From Bdellovibrio sp. (GTDB lineage Bacteria > Bdellovibrionota > Bdellovibrionia > Bdellovibrionales > Bdellovibrionaceae), in contig JAKFCY010000002.1 in the NCBI GenBank assembly GCA_036676395.1, positions 1,408,001 to 1,472,000 of the forward strand: 64,000 nt of DNA, written 5' to 3'. A program made the translations under genes and the position numbers. Positions 1 to 10,178 of the stretch are shown piece after piece (position 1 is the stretch's first letter; each line of letters starts with the position of its first letter). Under the pieces are notes generated by a model that did not search any database, was not told the DNA's origin, and saw only the letters and a program-made list of their open reading frames with translations.

Positions 1-180
1 ACTGAAACTGAAGTAGCTAAAATGTTAGGTGCGGATCATTTATTTTATTTAACTGTTGAAGGTTTAAAGAAAAGTATCGGATCAGATAAACTTTGCATGG
101 CTTGTATTGATGGTAAATACCCGGTCGATACTTCGAATAAAGCTTTTAGCGAAATGCGCCAGGCGCACCGCGGGGGTTAA
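1..180 (+). CDS. purF: amidophosphoribosyltransferase, C-terminal fragment (5'-truncated by window edge)
   Basis: Frame 1 reads ...MLGADHLFYLTVEGL...LCMACIDGKYP...RGG*, the PurF C-terminal ADxLxYL/CxACxxGxYP pattern; directly upstream of purC. Confidence 0.9.
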   Translation, partial: TETEVAKMLGADHLFYLTVEGLKKSIGSDKLCMACIDGKYPVDTSNKAFSEMRQAHRGG

Positions 181-183
181 GAG

Positions 184-1224
184 ATGAATCAACTTCCTCC
201 TCTTTTATACCAAGGCTCAGTTAAGAATGTTCGTGGCCAAGATCTGGATGCTTCTTTAGTTTTTGAATACTCAGATCGTTATTCAGTTTTTGATTGGGGT
301 GAAATGCCAGATCAGATTTCTGGTAAAGGTGCTGCTCTTAATTTAATGGGTTATGCCTTTTTTCAATACTTAGAAAAACAAATTGGTTTAAAGCATCATA
401 TGTTAGGTCTAGTTGGAACGGGTGCTACGAATCTGTGCTCGGTTAAAAATGTAAAAGTTGTTCGTCCTAAAAAAGAGGGTGCGGCTTATAACTATCAACC
501 TTATCAAGATCGTTTAGTGAATGCATTGGTTCCGCTAGAAGTGATTTTTCGTTTAGGTTTGGCTGAAGGTAATTCATTATCAAAAAGATTTAAATCAAAT
601 CCAGAATTAGCAAAACAGTTCGGTTTAACTTCAGTTCCTAAAGAGGGTGAGCTGTTAGAAAAACCCTTAATTGATTTTTCAACAAAACTTGAAGCGGGTG
701 ATCGTTATGTCACTTACGCTGAAGCGCAATCAATCTCTGGAATGACTGCGACTGAGTTTCAAAAACTTATCGCTAAAACTACAGAAATTGCACTTTGTTT
801 GAAGGACTTTCATCAAAAGATGGGTCTAGAGCTTTGGGACGGTAAAGTTGAATTTGCCTTCGTTCAAGGCGATTCACAAGACCGTGATTTTATGTTGGTC
901 GATTCCATCGGGATCGATGAATTGCGTTTAATCTGTGAAGGTAAAAGTTTATCGAAAGAATTCTTGCGCGAGATCTATAAAAACTCGACTTGGTATCAAG
1001 CATTGAATGAAGCCAAAGAAGAGGCTTTGTTAAGTCAGGGTGATTTCAAAGATATTTGTAAGAATAAGTATCAGCAAAATCCTCCAAATCTCTCACCTTT
1101 AAATAAACAAAAAGCCGAAGACTTATATCAAAGTTACTGCAATTCAGTTTATGCCCAGATGAATTTACCACTTCCTTTTAATCCAGAACTGAACGTTAAA
1201 AATTACGTGGGTAAATATCTATGA
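184..1224 (+). CDS. purC: SAICAR synthetase (long form)
   Basis: GSVK, SDRYSVFD, GKG, PLEVIFR, FSTK, DGKVEF, DELR, LSKE motifs; pur operon context. Confidence 0.93.
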   Translation: MNQLPPLLYQGSVKNVRGQDLDASLVFEYSDRYSVFDWGEMPDQISGKGAALNLMGYAFFQYLEKQIGLKHHMLGLVGTGATNLCSVKNVKVVRPKKEGAAYNYQPYQDRLVNALVPLEVIFRLGLAEGNSLSKRFKSNPELAKQFGLTSVPKEGELLEKPLIDFSTKLEAGDRYVTYAEAQSISGMTATEFQKLIAKTTEIALCLKDFHQKMGLELWDGKVEFAFVQGDSQDRDFMLVDSIGIDELRLICEGKSLSKEFLREIYKNSTWYQALNEAKEEALLSQGDFKDICKNKYQQNPPNLSPLNKQKAEDLYQSYCNSVYAQMNLPLPFNPELNVKNYVGKYL

Positions 1225-2498
1225 GAATTTTAATCGTCGGAAGTGGCGGACGTGAACACGCCTTAGCTTGGAAAATCTTGCAGTCGCCAAAAGTGCGCCA
1301 AGTTTTTATCGCGCCAGGAAACCAAGGCATTACTCATAAACTGCCAAATCTGACAGCGGTAGATATTAAAGCTACTGATATTGAATCTTTATTGGTGTTC
1401 GCTCTTAAAGAAAAAATTGATTTAACTGTTGTAGGTCCCGAGAATTCTTTAGAAAAAGGAATTCTGGACCTATTCAAAGCAAACGGTTTAAAAGTTTTCG
1501 GACCATCAAAAGCGGCAAGCCAATTAGAGACTTCTAAAATTTTTGCTAAACAAGTTATGATCGCAGCGGGTATCCCGACGGCTGAGTATCAATCATTTAC
1601 TAGTTTTGAAGCAGCAACTCAATTCATCGAACAAACTTCTTGGACTCAAATGGTAGTTAAAGCCGATGGCTTAGCTGCAGGAAAAGGTGTCGTAGTTTGT
1701 AAGGATAAAGCAGAAGCTTTTTCAGCGGTAAAAAGTTTTATGGTCGATGATATATTAGGTTTTAAAGTTACAAATTTATTAATCGAAGAATTTTTAGTTG
1801 GACCAGAGGTTTCAGTATTCGCATTAAGTGATGGTAATAACGTCACTTTCTTAAGCACCGCCAGCGATCACAAAAGATTACGTGATGGTGATCTTGGGCC
1901 TAACACGGGTGGCATGGGGGTCATTTCTCCGTCGCCATTTTTCGAAGCCGCAGATCAAGAATTAGTAATGAATCAAATTTTCAAACCTGTAGTTCTTGAA
2001 ATGAAAAACCGCGGAACACCTTTTTCTGGAGTCCTATTTGCGGGATTAATGAAAACTTCTAAAGGTTATAAAACTCTAGAGTTTAACGTGCGCTTTGGTG
2101 ATCCTGAAACTCAAGCACTGATGATGTTAATTGATGAAGACATCGTTCCGTTATTTTTAGCCTGTGCCGAAGGTGTGTTACATAATACTTCAATTGCATT
2201 GAAATCTGAAAAAGCAATTCACGTTGTACTTGCGGCTTATGGGTATCCGGGCACCGAGGGAGTTCCGGTTCGCAGCGGTGATGAAATTTCATTACATCAT
2301 ACAATCCAAGGACAAATGTTTTTCGCAGGTGTTGCAAAACTTGACGGGAATTTTGTAACTGCGGGTGGTCGAGTTCTAGGAATCACTTCAATCGGTGAAA
2401 CATATTCTGAAGCACGTACTAAAGCTTATAGTTCAATCGCTACAGTTAAATTTGCCGGATCTCAGTGTAGAACCGATATTGGAGCAGGGCATGCCTAA
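1221..2498 (+). CDS. purD: phosphoribosylamine-glycine ligase
   Basis: GSGGREHA, KADGLAAGKGV, DHKR, GPNTGGMG, EFNVRFGDPE. Confidence 0.98.
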   Translation: MRILIVGSGGREHALAWKILQSPKVRQVFIAPGNQGITHKLPNLTAVDIKATDIESLLVFALKEKIDLTVVGPENSLEKGILDLFKANGLKVFGPSKAASQLETSKIFAKQVMIAAGIPTAEYQSFTSFEAATQFIEQTSWTQMVVKADGLAAGKGVVVCKDKAEAFSAVKSFMVDDILGFKVTNLLIEEFLVGPEVSVFALSDGNNVTFLSTASDHKRLRDGDLGPNTGGMGVISPSPFFEAADQELVMNQIFKPVVLEMKNRGTPFSGVLFAGLMKTSKGYKTLEFNVRFGDPETQALMMLIDEDIVPLFLACAEGVLHNTSIALKSEKAIHVVLAAYGYPGTEGVPVRSGDEISLHHTIQGQMFFAGVAKLDGNFVTAGGRVLGITSIGETYSEARTKAYSSIATVKFAGSQCRTDIGAGHA

Positions 2499-3081
2499 GA
2501 TTGTAGTGCTTGCGTCAGGAAGTGGATCAAACGCAGAAGCGATCATCCGCTTTGCCCAAGAACACAAATCTTTTGAAGTAGCGGCTGTGATCTCAGATAA
2601 AGCTAAAGCCTTAGTTTTACAACGTGCTGAAAATCTTAAAGTTGAAGCTCAGGCTATTGAAAAAAGTAAAACTGAAACTAAGGGTGCATTTGAGCAAAGG
2701 TTAGTTCACGAAATCAAAAAACATCAGCCTGATTGGGTGGTGTTAGCTGGTTTTATGAAATTGCTTTCGCCAGAATTTTTACAAAACTTTTACGATCCTA
2801 AAATTAAACATTATAAGGTCGTAAATATTCATCCCTCGTTATTGCCATTATTTCCGGGAAAAGATGCTTACGAACAATCTTATAAAGCTCAAATGAGCGA
2901 ATATGGCTGCACCATTCATTTTGTCGACGAAGGCATGGATACCGGAAAGATCATTTACCAAGAACGTTTAAAAGCTAACTTAGGCGAAGATTTTGAATCA
3001 TTCAAAGCCCGCGGCCTAGCAGCAGAAAATAAAATTTACCCAATTATCTTAGAAAAGTTATTTAAGGAGTATTCATTATGA
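2491..3081 (+). CDS. purN: phosphoribosylglycinamide formyltransferase
   Basis: ASGSGSN, LAGFM, NIHPSLLP, GCTIHFVDEGMDTG; start moved to ATG 2491, overlapping the purD stop. Confidence 0.96.
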   Translation: MPKIVVLASGSGSNAEAIIRFAQEHKSFEVAAVISDKAKALVLQRAENLKVEAQAIEKSKTETKGAFEQRLVHEIKKHQPDWVVLAGFMKLLSPEFLQNFYDPKIKHYKVVNIHPSLLPLFPGKDAYEQSYKAQMSEYGCTIHFVDEGMDTGKIIYQERLKANLGEDFESFKARGLAAENKIYPIILEKLFKEYSL

Positions 3082-6050
3082 AAACGACTTACCGATTTGA
3101 AATATACCCAAATCAACATCAATCAACTGACATGAGTTCGACAGAAAAGAAAACCACGGAATGGATTTCTAAGTACTGCAACCTAAAATTTGATAAGCTA
3201 TTTAAAGTTAATTACTTTCTATTAGAATCTAATGAGCCAATCGCAGGAATAGATGATTTTGCAAAAACGATTCTAACAGATTCAGTGACTGATGTTTTAT
3301 TCTCTTCTGAATCTAAAAATATGGACCTAGTTTCATACCTTGGTCAGCGTGGATTCACAGAGCCTGTATTATGCGATGTTAGCTTTAAACCAGGCGTGAC
3401 TGATAATTCAGCTCAGGCAGTACTTGAAGCCTTTAAATTAATTCCAGATCTTAAGAAATATGAATTAAACGTTGCCTCTGGCGAATGTTATTACTTACAA
3501 AGCACAGAAAGCTTAACAGATGAAGCTTTTGAAAAAGTAAGTTATGAAAAATTAGCTAATCAATTATTACATAAAGTTACTATTCAGCGTAAAGCTGCGA
3601 TTGCAGCAAATATTCGTATGCAAGCGCCAAAGATTATCGAAGTAGTTTCAACTTCTCATGAAGCTACAACAATTGATTTAAATTTAGATAATTCAACGCT
3701 ATTAAAATTAAACACAGATAATTGCTGGGCTTTAAGTCTAGACGAAATTCACTTTGTGCGTGATTACTTTAAAACTCTAGATCGCAATCCAACTGACGTT
3801 GAGATGGAAGTCATTGCTCAAAGTTGGTCAGAGCACTGTAAACATAAAATCTTTGCAAGTACTATTGAATACACCGAAGGCGAACTTCCTGCGCATATGA
3901 AAAAGCTTGGAGATTTTGAAGTAAACAGTTTATTCAAAACTTTTATTCGCGGGGCGACCGAGAAAATTAAAGCAGATCGTAATCTTCAATGGTTAATCTC
4001 AATCTTTCACGATAATGCAGGGATTGTTCGTTTTGATAAAAACGTCGATGTTTGTATTAAAGTTGAAACACATAATTCCCCTTCAGCATTAGATCCCTAC
4101 GGCGGAGCCTTAACTGGTATCTTAGGTGTAAACCGCGATATCTTAGGTTGTGGCCAAGGTGCAAAGCCTATCGCTAATACGAATGTGTTTTGCTTAGCTG
4201 AAGACTCTTTCTTTAAAGAAAATAATATCAAGCTGCATCCAAAACTTAAAAACCCAGACCGCATCGCAGAAGGTGTTCATTTGGGTGTGCAAGATGGCGG
4301 TAATAAATCAGGTGTTCCAACTGTAAACGGCGCATTCGTATTTGATAAAGACTATGTAGGTAAACCATTAGTGTTCTGCGGAACAATCGGTGTTTTACCA
4401 CAAGCAGAAAATAATTTATCTACAGCTGAAAAAAGACAACAACCCGGAGACTACATCGTGATGTCGGGTGGTAAGATCGGTAAAGACGGAATCCACGGGG
4501 CAACATTTAGCTCTATGGAATTAAACGAAAATGCTCCGGCTTCAGTGGTGCAAATTGGTGATCCAATCACCCAAAAACGTCTAGGTGATTTTTTAATCGA
4601 AGCTCGTCAAAAAAATCTTTTCTCAAGTGTCACAGATAACGGCGCTGGTGGCTTAAGCTCATCAGTCGGAGAAATGGCTGGTTTAACAAACGGAGCGATT
4701 GTTGATTTAGATCGCGCTCCTACGAAATATCCAGGTTTATCACCTTTTGAATTAATGGTGAGTGAATCGCAAGAACGCATGACTTTCTCGGTTCCAAAAG
4801 AAAAAGTTCATCAGTTTTTACAGCTTTCAGAAAAAAGAAATGTTTTATCAACAGTCATCGGTGAATTTACAAACCAAGGCCAGTTATTAGTTCGCTATAA
4901 CGGAAAAACCGTAGCTGATTTAAATTTACATTTCTTGCATGAATCACTTCGCCCGATGCAATTAAAAGCGCACATTGATCAAGCAAGTGTGGAGCAAGCA
5001 AAAGCGACCCACTGGTTAAATGGTAAAGTAAAAGAAGAAGTTAAGCCGACAGAAGCAAAAGCTCAGTTATTATCTTTAATGGCTTCAGCGAATGTTAGAT
5101 CACATGAACACTTAGTTCGTAGATATGATCACGAAGTAAAAGCTGCAACTTTAGTAAAGCCATTTACGGGCTCTGAAAAAATCGGTCGTCATGCACCCAC
5201 TGATGCCGGCGTTATTTGGTTATACCCGCATGGTGGCGAGCGTGATAACGCGATTTCTGTATCGTGCGGTATTGCTCCACAAATTTCACATCATGACGCT
5301 TATGAAATGGCTGTCTGGGCTTTAGATGAAGCTGTTAGAAACAGCGTCTGCGTTGGAGCTGATCCAACAGAGATGGTGTTGATTGACAACTACTGTTGGC
5401 CAGATCCAATCACGTCTGGCAAAAATCCAGATGGGGCTCATAAGCTTGCGCAATTAGTTCGTACTTCAAAAGCGATCTATGATCTAAGTGTTGATTACGG
5501 AATGCCATTTGTTAGCGGCAAAGATTCAATGAAAAATGACTTTATGGCTGATGACGTAAAAATTTCGGTTCAACCTACACTATTAGTTACAGCAATGGGT
5601 CGCGTTCGTAGTTTAAATCATATCACGACAAGCGAAGCAAAAAACGTTGGTGATTTAGTTTACCTCATCGGACCAAATCAATTAATTGATTTCAAAAAAC
5701 AGTTAGGTCTATATAAAACATTACACAAAGCGATTTTATTAGGATTCGTAAATAGTGCACACGATGTTTCAGAAGGTGGCTTAGCCGTCAGCTTAACTGA
5801 GAAGATCATGTCGACAACTTTAGGTTTAGAAATTGATACTAAATTAGATCTGTTCGTCGAGAGCGCTGGTCGTATCATTGTGACGATTGATCCTATTAAG
5901 CAAAAAGAATTCGCTCAGTTATTTACAAGCGATTGTATTTTATTAGGAACAGTCACAGGTGATGCGAAATTAACAATTAAAAACCAATTCAGCGTAAACA
6001 ATACTGAAACTTTAGCCGCATACCGCATTAAAGCAGCAGGAGCGATATAG
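3078..6050 (+). CDS. purL: FGAM synthase subunit PurL with N-terminal PurS-like extension (no glutaminase domain)
   Basis: QSWSEHCKHKIF, KVETHNSPS, DNGAGGL, SESQERM, YDHEV, GKDSM, HDVSEGG; N-terminal KPGVTDN motif. Confidence 0.95.
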   Translation: MKTTYRFEIYPNQHQSTDMSSTEKKTTEWISKYCNLKFDKLFKVNYFLLESNEPIAGIDDFAKTILTDSVTDVLFSSESKNMDLVSYLGQRGFTEPVLCDVSFKPGVTDNSAQAVLEAFKLIPDLKKYELNVASGECYYLQSTESLTDEAFEKVSYEKLANQLLHKVTIQRKAAIAANIRMQAPKIIEVVSTSHEATTIDLNLDNSTLLKLNTDNCWALSLDEIHFVRDYFKTLDRNPTDVEMEVIAQSWSEHCKHKIFASTIEYTEGELPAHMKKLGDFEVNSLFKTFIRGATEKIKADRNLQWLISIFHDNAGIVRFDKNVDVCIKVETHNSPSALDPYGGALTGILGVNRDILGCGQGAKPIANTNVFCLAEDSFFKENNIKLHPKLKNPDRIAEGVHLGVQDGGNKSGVPTVNGAFVFDKDYVGKPLVFCGTIGVLPQAENNLSTAEKRQQPGDYIVMSGGKIGKDGIHGATFSSMELNENAPASVVQIGDPITQKRLGDFLIEARQKNLFSSVTDNGAGGLSSSVGEMAGLTNGAIVDLDRAPTKYPGLSPFELMVSESQERMTFSVPKEKVHQFLQLSEKRNVLSTVIGEFTNQGQLLVRYNGKTVADLNLHFLHESLRPMQLKAHIDQASVEQAKATHWLNGKVKEEVKPTEAKAQLLSLMASANVRSHEHLVRRYDHEVKAATLVKPFTGSEKIGRHAPTDAGVIWLYPHGGERDNAISVSCGIAPQISHHDAYEMAVWALDEAVRNSVCVGADPTEMVLIDNYCWPDPITSGKNPDGAHKLAQLVRTSKAIYDLSVDYGMPFVSGKDSMKNDFMADDVKISVQPTLLVTAMGRVRSLNHITTSEAKNVGDLVYLIGPNQLIDFKKQLGLYKTLHKAILLGFVNSAHDVSEGGLAVSLTEKIMSTTLGLEIDTKLDLFVESAGRIIVTIDPIKQKEFAQLFTSDCILLGTVTGDAKLTIKNQFSVNNTETLAAYRIKAAGAI

Positions 6051-6817
6051 TGAAAAACAAAGTAAAAGCCTTAATATTAACGGGTGATGGTATTAACTGT
6101 GAAAATGAAACAGCGTTAGCTTTTTCAGAACATGGTTGTGAAACAAAAATCATGCACGTCCAAGATCTGATCGATCAGCCAGGATTATTAAGCCAATATC
6201 AAATCCTAGCATTACCAGGTGGATTTTCTTTCGGTGATGAAATCGGTTCAGGCCAAATTTTAGCTCTGAAATTAAAATACTCTTTAGGTGTAGCTTTGAC
6301 TGAATTCATTAATAATAAAAAATTGATCATCGGAATCTGTAACGGTTTTCAGGTGTTAGTGCGTTTAGGATTACTTCCTAAGCCATTTACAGAGCGCCAA
6401 ATGACATTAACCCATAATCGCCAAGGCCATTTCATTAATAAATGGGTGAACTTAACTGTGCCAAAATCAAATTGCATTTGGACAAAGTCATTACAAGGTA
6501 AAGAGATTGCACTTCCGATTAGACACGGCGAAGGTAAAATTACTTTCGCTGGAGATCAAGCCACGCAACATAATACTTTTTCTGCTTTGGTTTCCCAAGG
6601 TCAAATCGCGCTATCTTATACAGAAGACGTAAACGGTTCATACCAGCAGATCGCCGGTGTGACTGATCCTACAGGATGTATTTTAGGTTTAATGCCGCAT
6701 CCAGAAGCTGCAACCAGTAATTGGCTGTTGCCAGATGGCACAGCGAAAAAAACTGGCCAAGCGTTCGGACAACAATTTTTTATCAATGCTATCAAACACT
6801 GCGAAGAGAGGTTTTAA
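6050..6817 (+). CDS. purQ: FGAM synthase glutaminase subunit
   Basis: GINCE, PGGFSFGD, GICNGFQ, HGEG, GLMPHPE. Confidence 0.97.
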   Translation: MKNKVKALILTGDGINCENETALAFSEHGCETKIMHVQDLIDQPGLLSQYQILALPGGFSFGDEIGSGQILALKLKYSLGVALTEFINNKKLIIGICNGFQVLVRLGLLPKPFTERQMTLTHNRQGHFINKWVNLTVPKSNCIWTKSLQGKEIALPIRHGEGKITFAGDQATQHNTFSALVSQGQIALSYTEDVNGSYQQIAGVTDPTGCILGLMPHPEAATSNWLLPDGTAKKTGQAFGQQFFINAIKHCEERF

Positions 6818-8383
6818 ATGAAACAAGAAAATCTAGGAATCAAAAGAGCTTTAATCAGTGTTTCAGACAAAACCGGTATCGATAAAATCGCGAAGTTTTT
6901 ATTTGAATACAAAGTTGAATTAATCTCAACCGGCGGAACAAAAAAATACCTAGAAGAATTAGGACTACCAGTTACCAGTGTTGAATCATTAACTGGAAAC
7001 CCAGAAGCTTTCGGCGGACGCATGAAATCGATCAGCTTTCAGGTTTCATCGGGTCTATTATTTCGCAGATACCATGAGCAAGACCAAAAAGAATCAAAAG
7101 ATCTAAATATCTATCCAATTGATCTAGTCATTTGCAACCTGTATCCATTTGAAAAATACATGATCCAAAATTCAACTGAAGATGTATTAATTGAAAATAT
7201 CGACATCGGCGGGCCGTTAATGCTACGTGCAGCTGCTAAAAACTACGAATCAGTAACGGTTTTGTCAGGCGCTCATGAGTACATGAATTTCATGACTCAC
7301 TTTATGGAAAACAAAGGCCAAACAAATTTTGAATTCCGCCGCACGCAAGCAGTTAAAACTTTTGTACGCATTGCTGAATACGATCAAGCGATCGCGCAAG
7401 AGCTAACAAAAAATTACTTACCAGAAATGAATCAAACTCTACGTTACGGTGAAAACCCTCACCAAACAGCAAGTCTGCAAATTAAAAACAACACTGACTC
7501 TCAGATCACTTTAGCGAAAGCTCAGTTCATTCAAGGTAAAGAGTTATCTTACAATAACTGGATGGATGCAGACAGCGCTTGGCGCGTAATGAGTGACATC
7601 GCTCACGCGACTAAAGATAAATTTGTCACGGCCGTGATTAAGCACGCAAACCCTTGTGGCTTAGCTGCAACCGATGACAGCCTTAATTCTTTAACTGAAG
7701 CCTGGAATGGTGATAACATTTCTAGCTTTGGAGGAATCATTGCTTGTTCTTACGCTGTAGAAGCAAAACACGCTGAGTTCCTAACTCAAAACTTTATCGA
7801 AGTTTTAATTGCTCCAGATTTTACTCCAGAAGCATTAGAGGTTTTCACAAAAAAGAAAAACGTTCGTTTATTAAAAACTTCTTTACGTGAATATAAACAA
7901 AAAGAAACTATGATGCGCAGTATTTCAGGCGGAGTTTTAATTCAGGACGAAGATGAAAGATCTTTAAAACCAGAAGAAGCAAAAACGGTAACGCAAATTC
8001 CATTATCTGCACATCACCAATCATTAGTCGATTTCGGCGTGATCGCTTGTAAACATTTAAAAAGTAACGGCATTGCGCTTGTCGCAAAAACGCCGCAAGG
8101 TTTTTCATTAGTCGGAACGGGTATGGGACAGCCAAACCGACTCGATTCACTTCGTTTATTAGCAGTTCACCGCGCTAAAATGAAAAACATCCCGATGGAT
8201 CAAGTGTTAATGATTTCGGATGCTTTCTTTCCATTTGCGGATTCTGTCGACGTTTGTAACGAAGTGGGCATTAAAGCCATCGTGCAGCCGGGTGGAAGTA
8301 TTCGTGATCCAGAAGTCATCGCTGCGTGTGATAAATATGGTATTGCAATGATGATGACGGGCGTTCGTCACTTTAGACACTAG
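6818..8383 (+). CDS. purH: bifunctional AICAR transformylase/IMP cyclohydrolase
   Basis: ALISVSDKTG, NIDIGGP, LRYGENPHQ, KHANPCG, SDAFFPF, QPGGS, RHFRH. Confidence 0.98.
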   Translation: MKQENLGIKRALISVSDKTGIDKIAKFLFEYKVELISTGGTKKYLEELGLPVTSVESLTGNPEAFGGRMKSISFQVSSGLLFRRYHEQDQKESKDLNIYPIDLVICNLYPFEKYMIQNSTEDVLIENIDIGGPLMLRAAAKNYESVTVLSGAHEYMNFMTHFMENKGQTNFEFRRTQAVKTFVRIAEYDQAIAQELTKNYLPEMNQTLRYGENPHQTASLQIKNNTDSQITLAKAQFIQGKELSYNNWMDADSAWRVMSDIAHATKDKFVTAVIKHANPCGLAATDDSLNSLTEAWNGDNISSFGGIIACSYAVEAKHAEFLTQNFIEVLIAPDFTPEALEVFTKKKNVRLLKTSLREYKQKETMMRSISGGVLIQDEDERSLKPEEAKTVTQIPLSAHHQSLVDFGVIACKHLKSNGIALVAKTPQGFSLVGTGMGQPNRLDSLRLLAVHRAKMKNIPMDQVLMISDAFFPFADSVDVCNEVGIKAIVQPGGSIRDPEVIAACDKYGIAMMMTGVRHFRH

Positions 8384-8391
8384 GAGATTTT

Positions 8392-9405
8392 ATGGCTATT
8401 TCATACAAAGACAGTGGTGTAGATATTGATAAAGCTGACGTATTTGTGAATAAGATTTCACAAATGGTAAAGTCGACTTACAATCAGAATGTGGCGAGTG
8501 GGGTAGGGGGCTTTTGCGCTCTTTATAAAATGGATCAAGAAAGATTCTTAGCTTCAAGCACGGATGGGGTGGGGACTAAGCTTAAGCTTGCGATCGAGTT
8601 AAATAAACACGACACCATCGGCATAGATCTGGTAGCGATGTGCGTGAACGATTTAATTTGTTCAGGCGCAAAACCGTTATTTTTCTTAGACTATTTCGCA
8701 AGCTCGAAACTAAATCTAACTACATCTGAAAAAATCATCGAAGGTATTGTTGAAGGCTGTTTACAATCAAAAATGGTCTTAATCGGTGGTGAAACTGCCG
8801 AAATGCCAGGAATGTATCAAGATGGAGATTACGATCTAGCGGGGTTTTCGGTCGGCGAAGTGTACACGCATAATTTAGTCGACGGCACAAAATTAAAAGA
8901 TGGCGACTCCTTAGTTGCTATTCAAAGCTCAGGATTTCATTCGAATGGTTATTCATTAGTTAGAAAAATCATTACTGATGTGGCTACGAAGCAATTATTG
9001 GCAAGTGAATTAGAAACGCTAAAAAAAGACTGCCTAACTCCGACAAGAATTTACGTAAATAGTGTTTTGAATTTATTAACGAAATATAAAGATAACATCA
9101 AAGGTCTTGCGAACATTACAGGGTCTGGTTTTTTAAATATCCCGCGAATGAACGAAAAATTTGATTACCATTGCACGCAAACGGCAGCCTTGCCTGCATT
9201 TATGCAAACAGTCTGTCAGATGAGTGGTTTATCAGAACTAGAGCTGCATAAGACATTTAACATGGGTGTGGGCTTTGTGATCGCGACCGATAAGCCAGAA
9301 CAAGTTATACAGATGCTTCACGAACACGGCGAAAAGTCATTCGTATTAGGATCGGTAAAAGCAGGCATGGGACAGGTATTTTTAAAAGGCGAAGAAATTA
9401 TTTAA
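8392..9405 (+). CDS. purM: AIR synthetase
   Basis: SYKDSGVD, TDGVGTK, GIDLVAMCVND, GGETAEMPG, HSNGYSL, TFNMGVG. Confidence 0.98.
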   Translation: MAISYKDSGVDIDKADVFVNKISQMVKSTYNQNVASGVGGFCALYKMDQERFLASSTDGVGTKLKLAIELNKHDTIGIDLVAMCVNDLICSGAKPLFFLDYFASSKLNLTTSEKIIEGIVEGCLQSKMVLIGGETAEMPGMYQDGDYDLAGFSVGEVYTHNLVDGTKLKDGDSLVAIQSSGFHSNGYSLVRKIITDVATKQLLASELETLKKDCLTPTRIYVNSVLNLLTKYKDNIKGLANITGSGFLNIPRMNEKFDYHCTQTAALPAFMQTVCQMSGLSELELHKTFNMGVGFVIATDKPEQVIQMLHEHGEKSFVLGSVKAGMGQVFLKGEEII

Positions 9406-10178
9406 AGATAAAGGCGGGTAACTCGTTCAAGCGAGTTACAGTATTTTGAAAATGAGCCACGCTCTAATTCAAAAACACGGATTAAATCTAAATACCAAAG
9501 CGGAACACGGCTTTCGCATTTTAGTTCTAATATAGCTAAGCTTTCGGTGCTGTTGCCGTCATCAAAAATTGCAGACGAATCGTAGTTAATCATTTCACGG
9601 TCTTTTGGCCAAAGATTAAACGTATTTTCTTCTTTGCATCTTAGATCGACATCAAAAGTAATACGTACGTAGTCTTCACAGTTTGATAAAAAAGCACGGC
9701 GACGGTATTGAGTTAAGACCTGAGGCTGAACATTATAAAGCTGAGCATAACTTAAAAATTTTTCTAGGTTTTTCATCGACGATTTATCAACATCTTCTGG
9801 CCTATATGTTCCATGAAAAACTGATTCAATATCCGCCGTTTTAACCTTAGCGCGACTTTTCTTTACGAAATCAGCCGTCTTTTCTTTAACTTCGAAAAAA
9901 TAAGGTGGTTTTGGATCATCGCCGTAAGAACGAATGCGCATATTAAAGCGCTTGGGGTTAACACCATCACTGTTATGATAAAAAGACTGAACCGGAGAAT
10001 CGAAATAAAGCGAATTAATGGTATAAAAACTATCGGGTGATATTTGCGAATAATAATCCATGTCGCAATAGGCTTTTACATATTCTGAAATAGGGTCGAC
10101 AAGGCGGTACGGAATCAAGTACTTAATTTCGTACCGTTCAAACATGAGTGGCGAAACGCCGCCTTCGTTATTTGACAT
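9402..10178 (-). CDS. VTC-domain (CYTH-fold) polyphosphate polymerase-like protein
   Basis: RYEIKY, SLYFD, RIRSY, FFEVK, YRRRAF, VRITFD, ILELK, FSKY: the ordered motif set of bacterial VTC-domain proteins. Confidence 0.9.
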   Translation of the reverse strand: MSNNEGGVSPLMFERYEIKYLIPYRLVDPISEYVKAYCDMDYYSQISPDSFYTINSLYFDSPVQSFYHNSDGVNPKRFNMRIRSYGDDPKPPYFFEVKEKTADFVKKSRAKVKTADIESVFHGTYRPEDVDKSSMKNLEKFLSYAQLYNVQPQVLTQYRRRAFLSNCEDYVRITFDVDLRCKEENTFNLWPKDREMINYDSSAIFDDGNSTESLAILELKCESRVPLWYLDLIRVFELERGSFSKYCNSLERVTRLYL

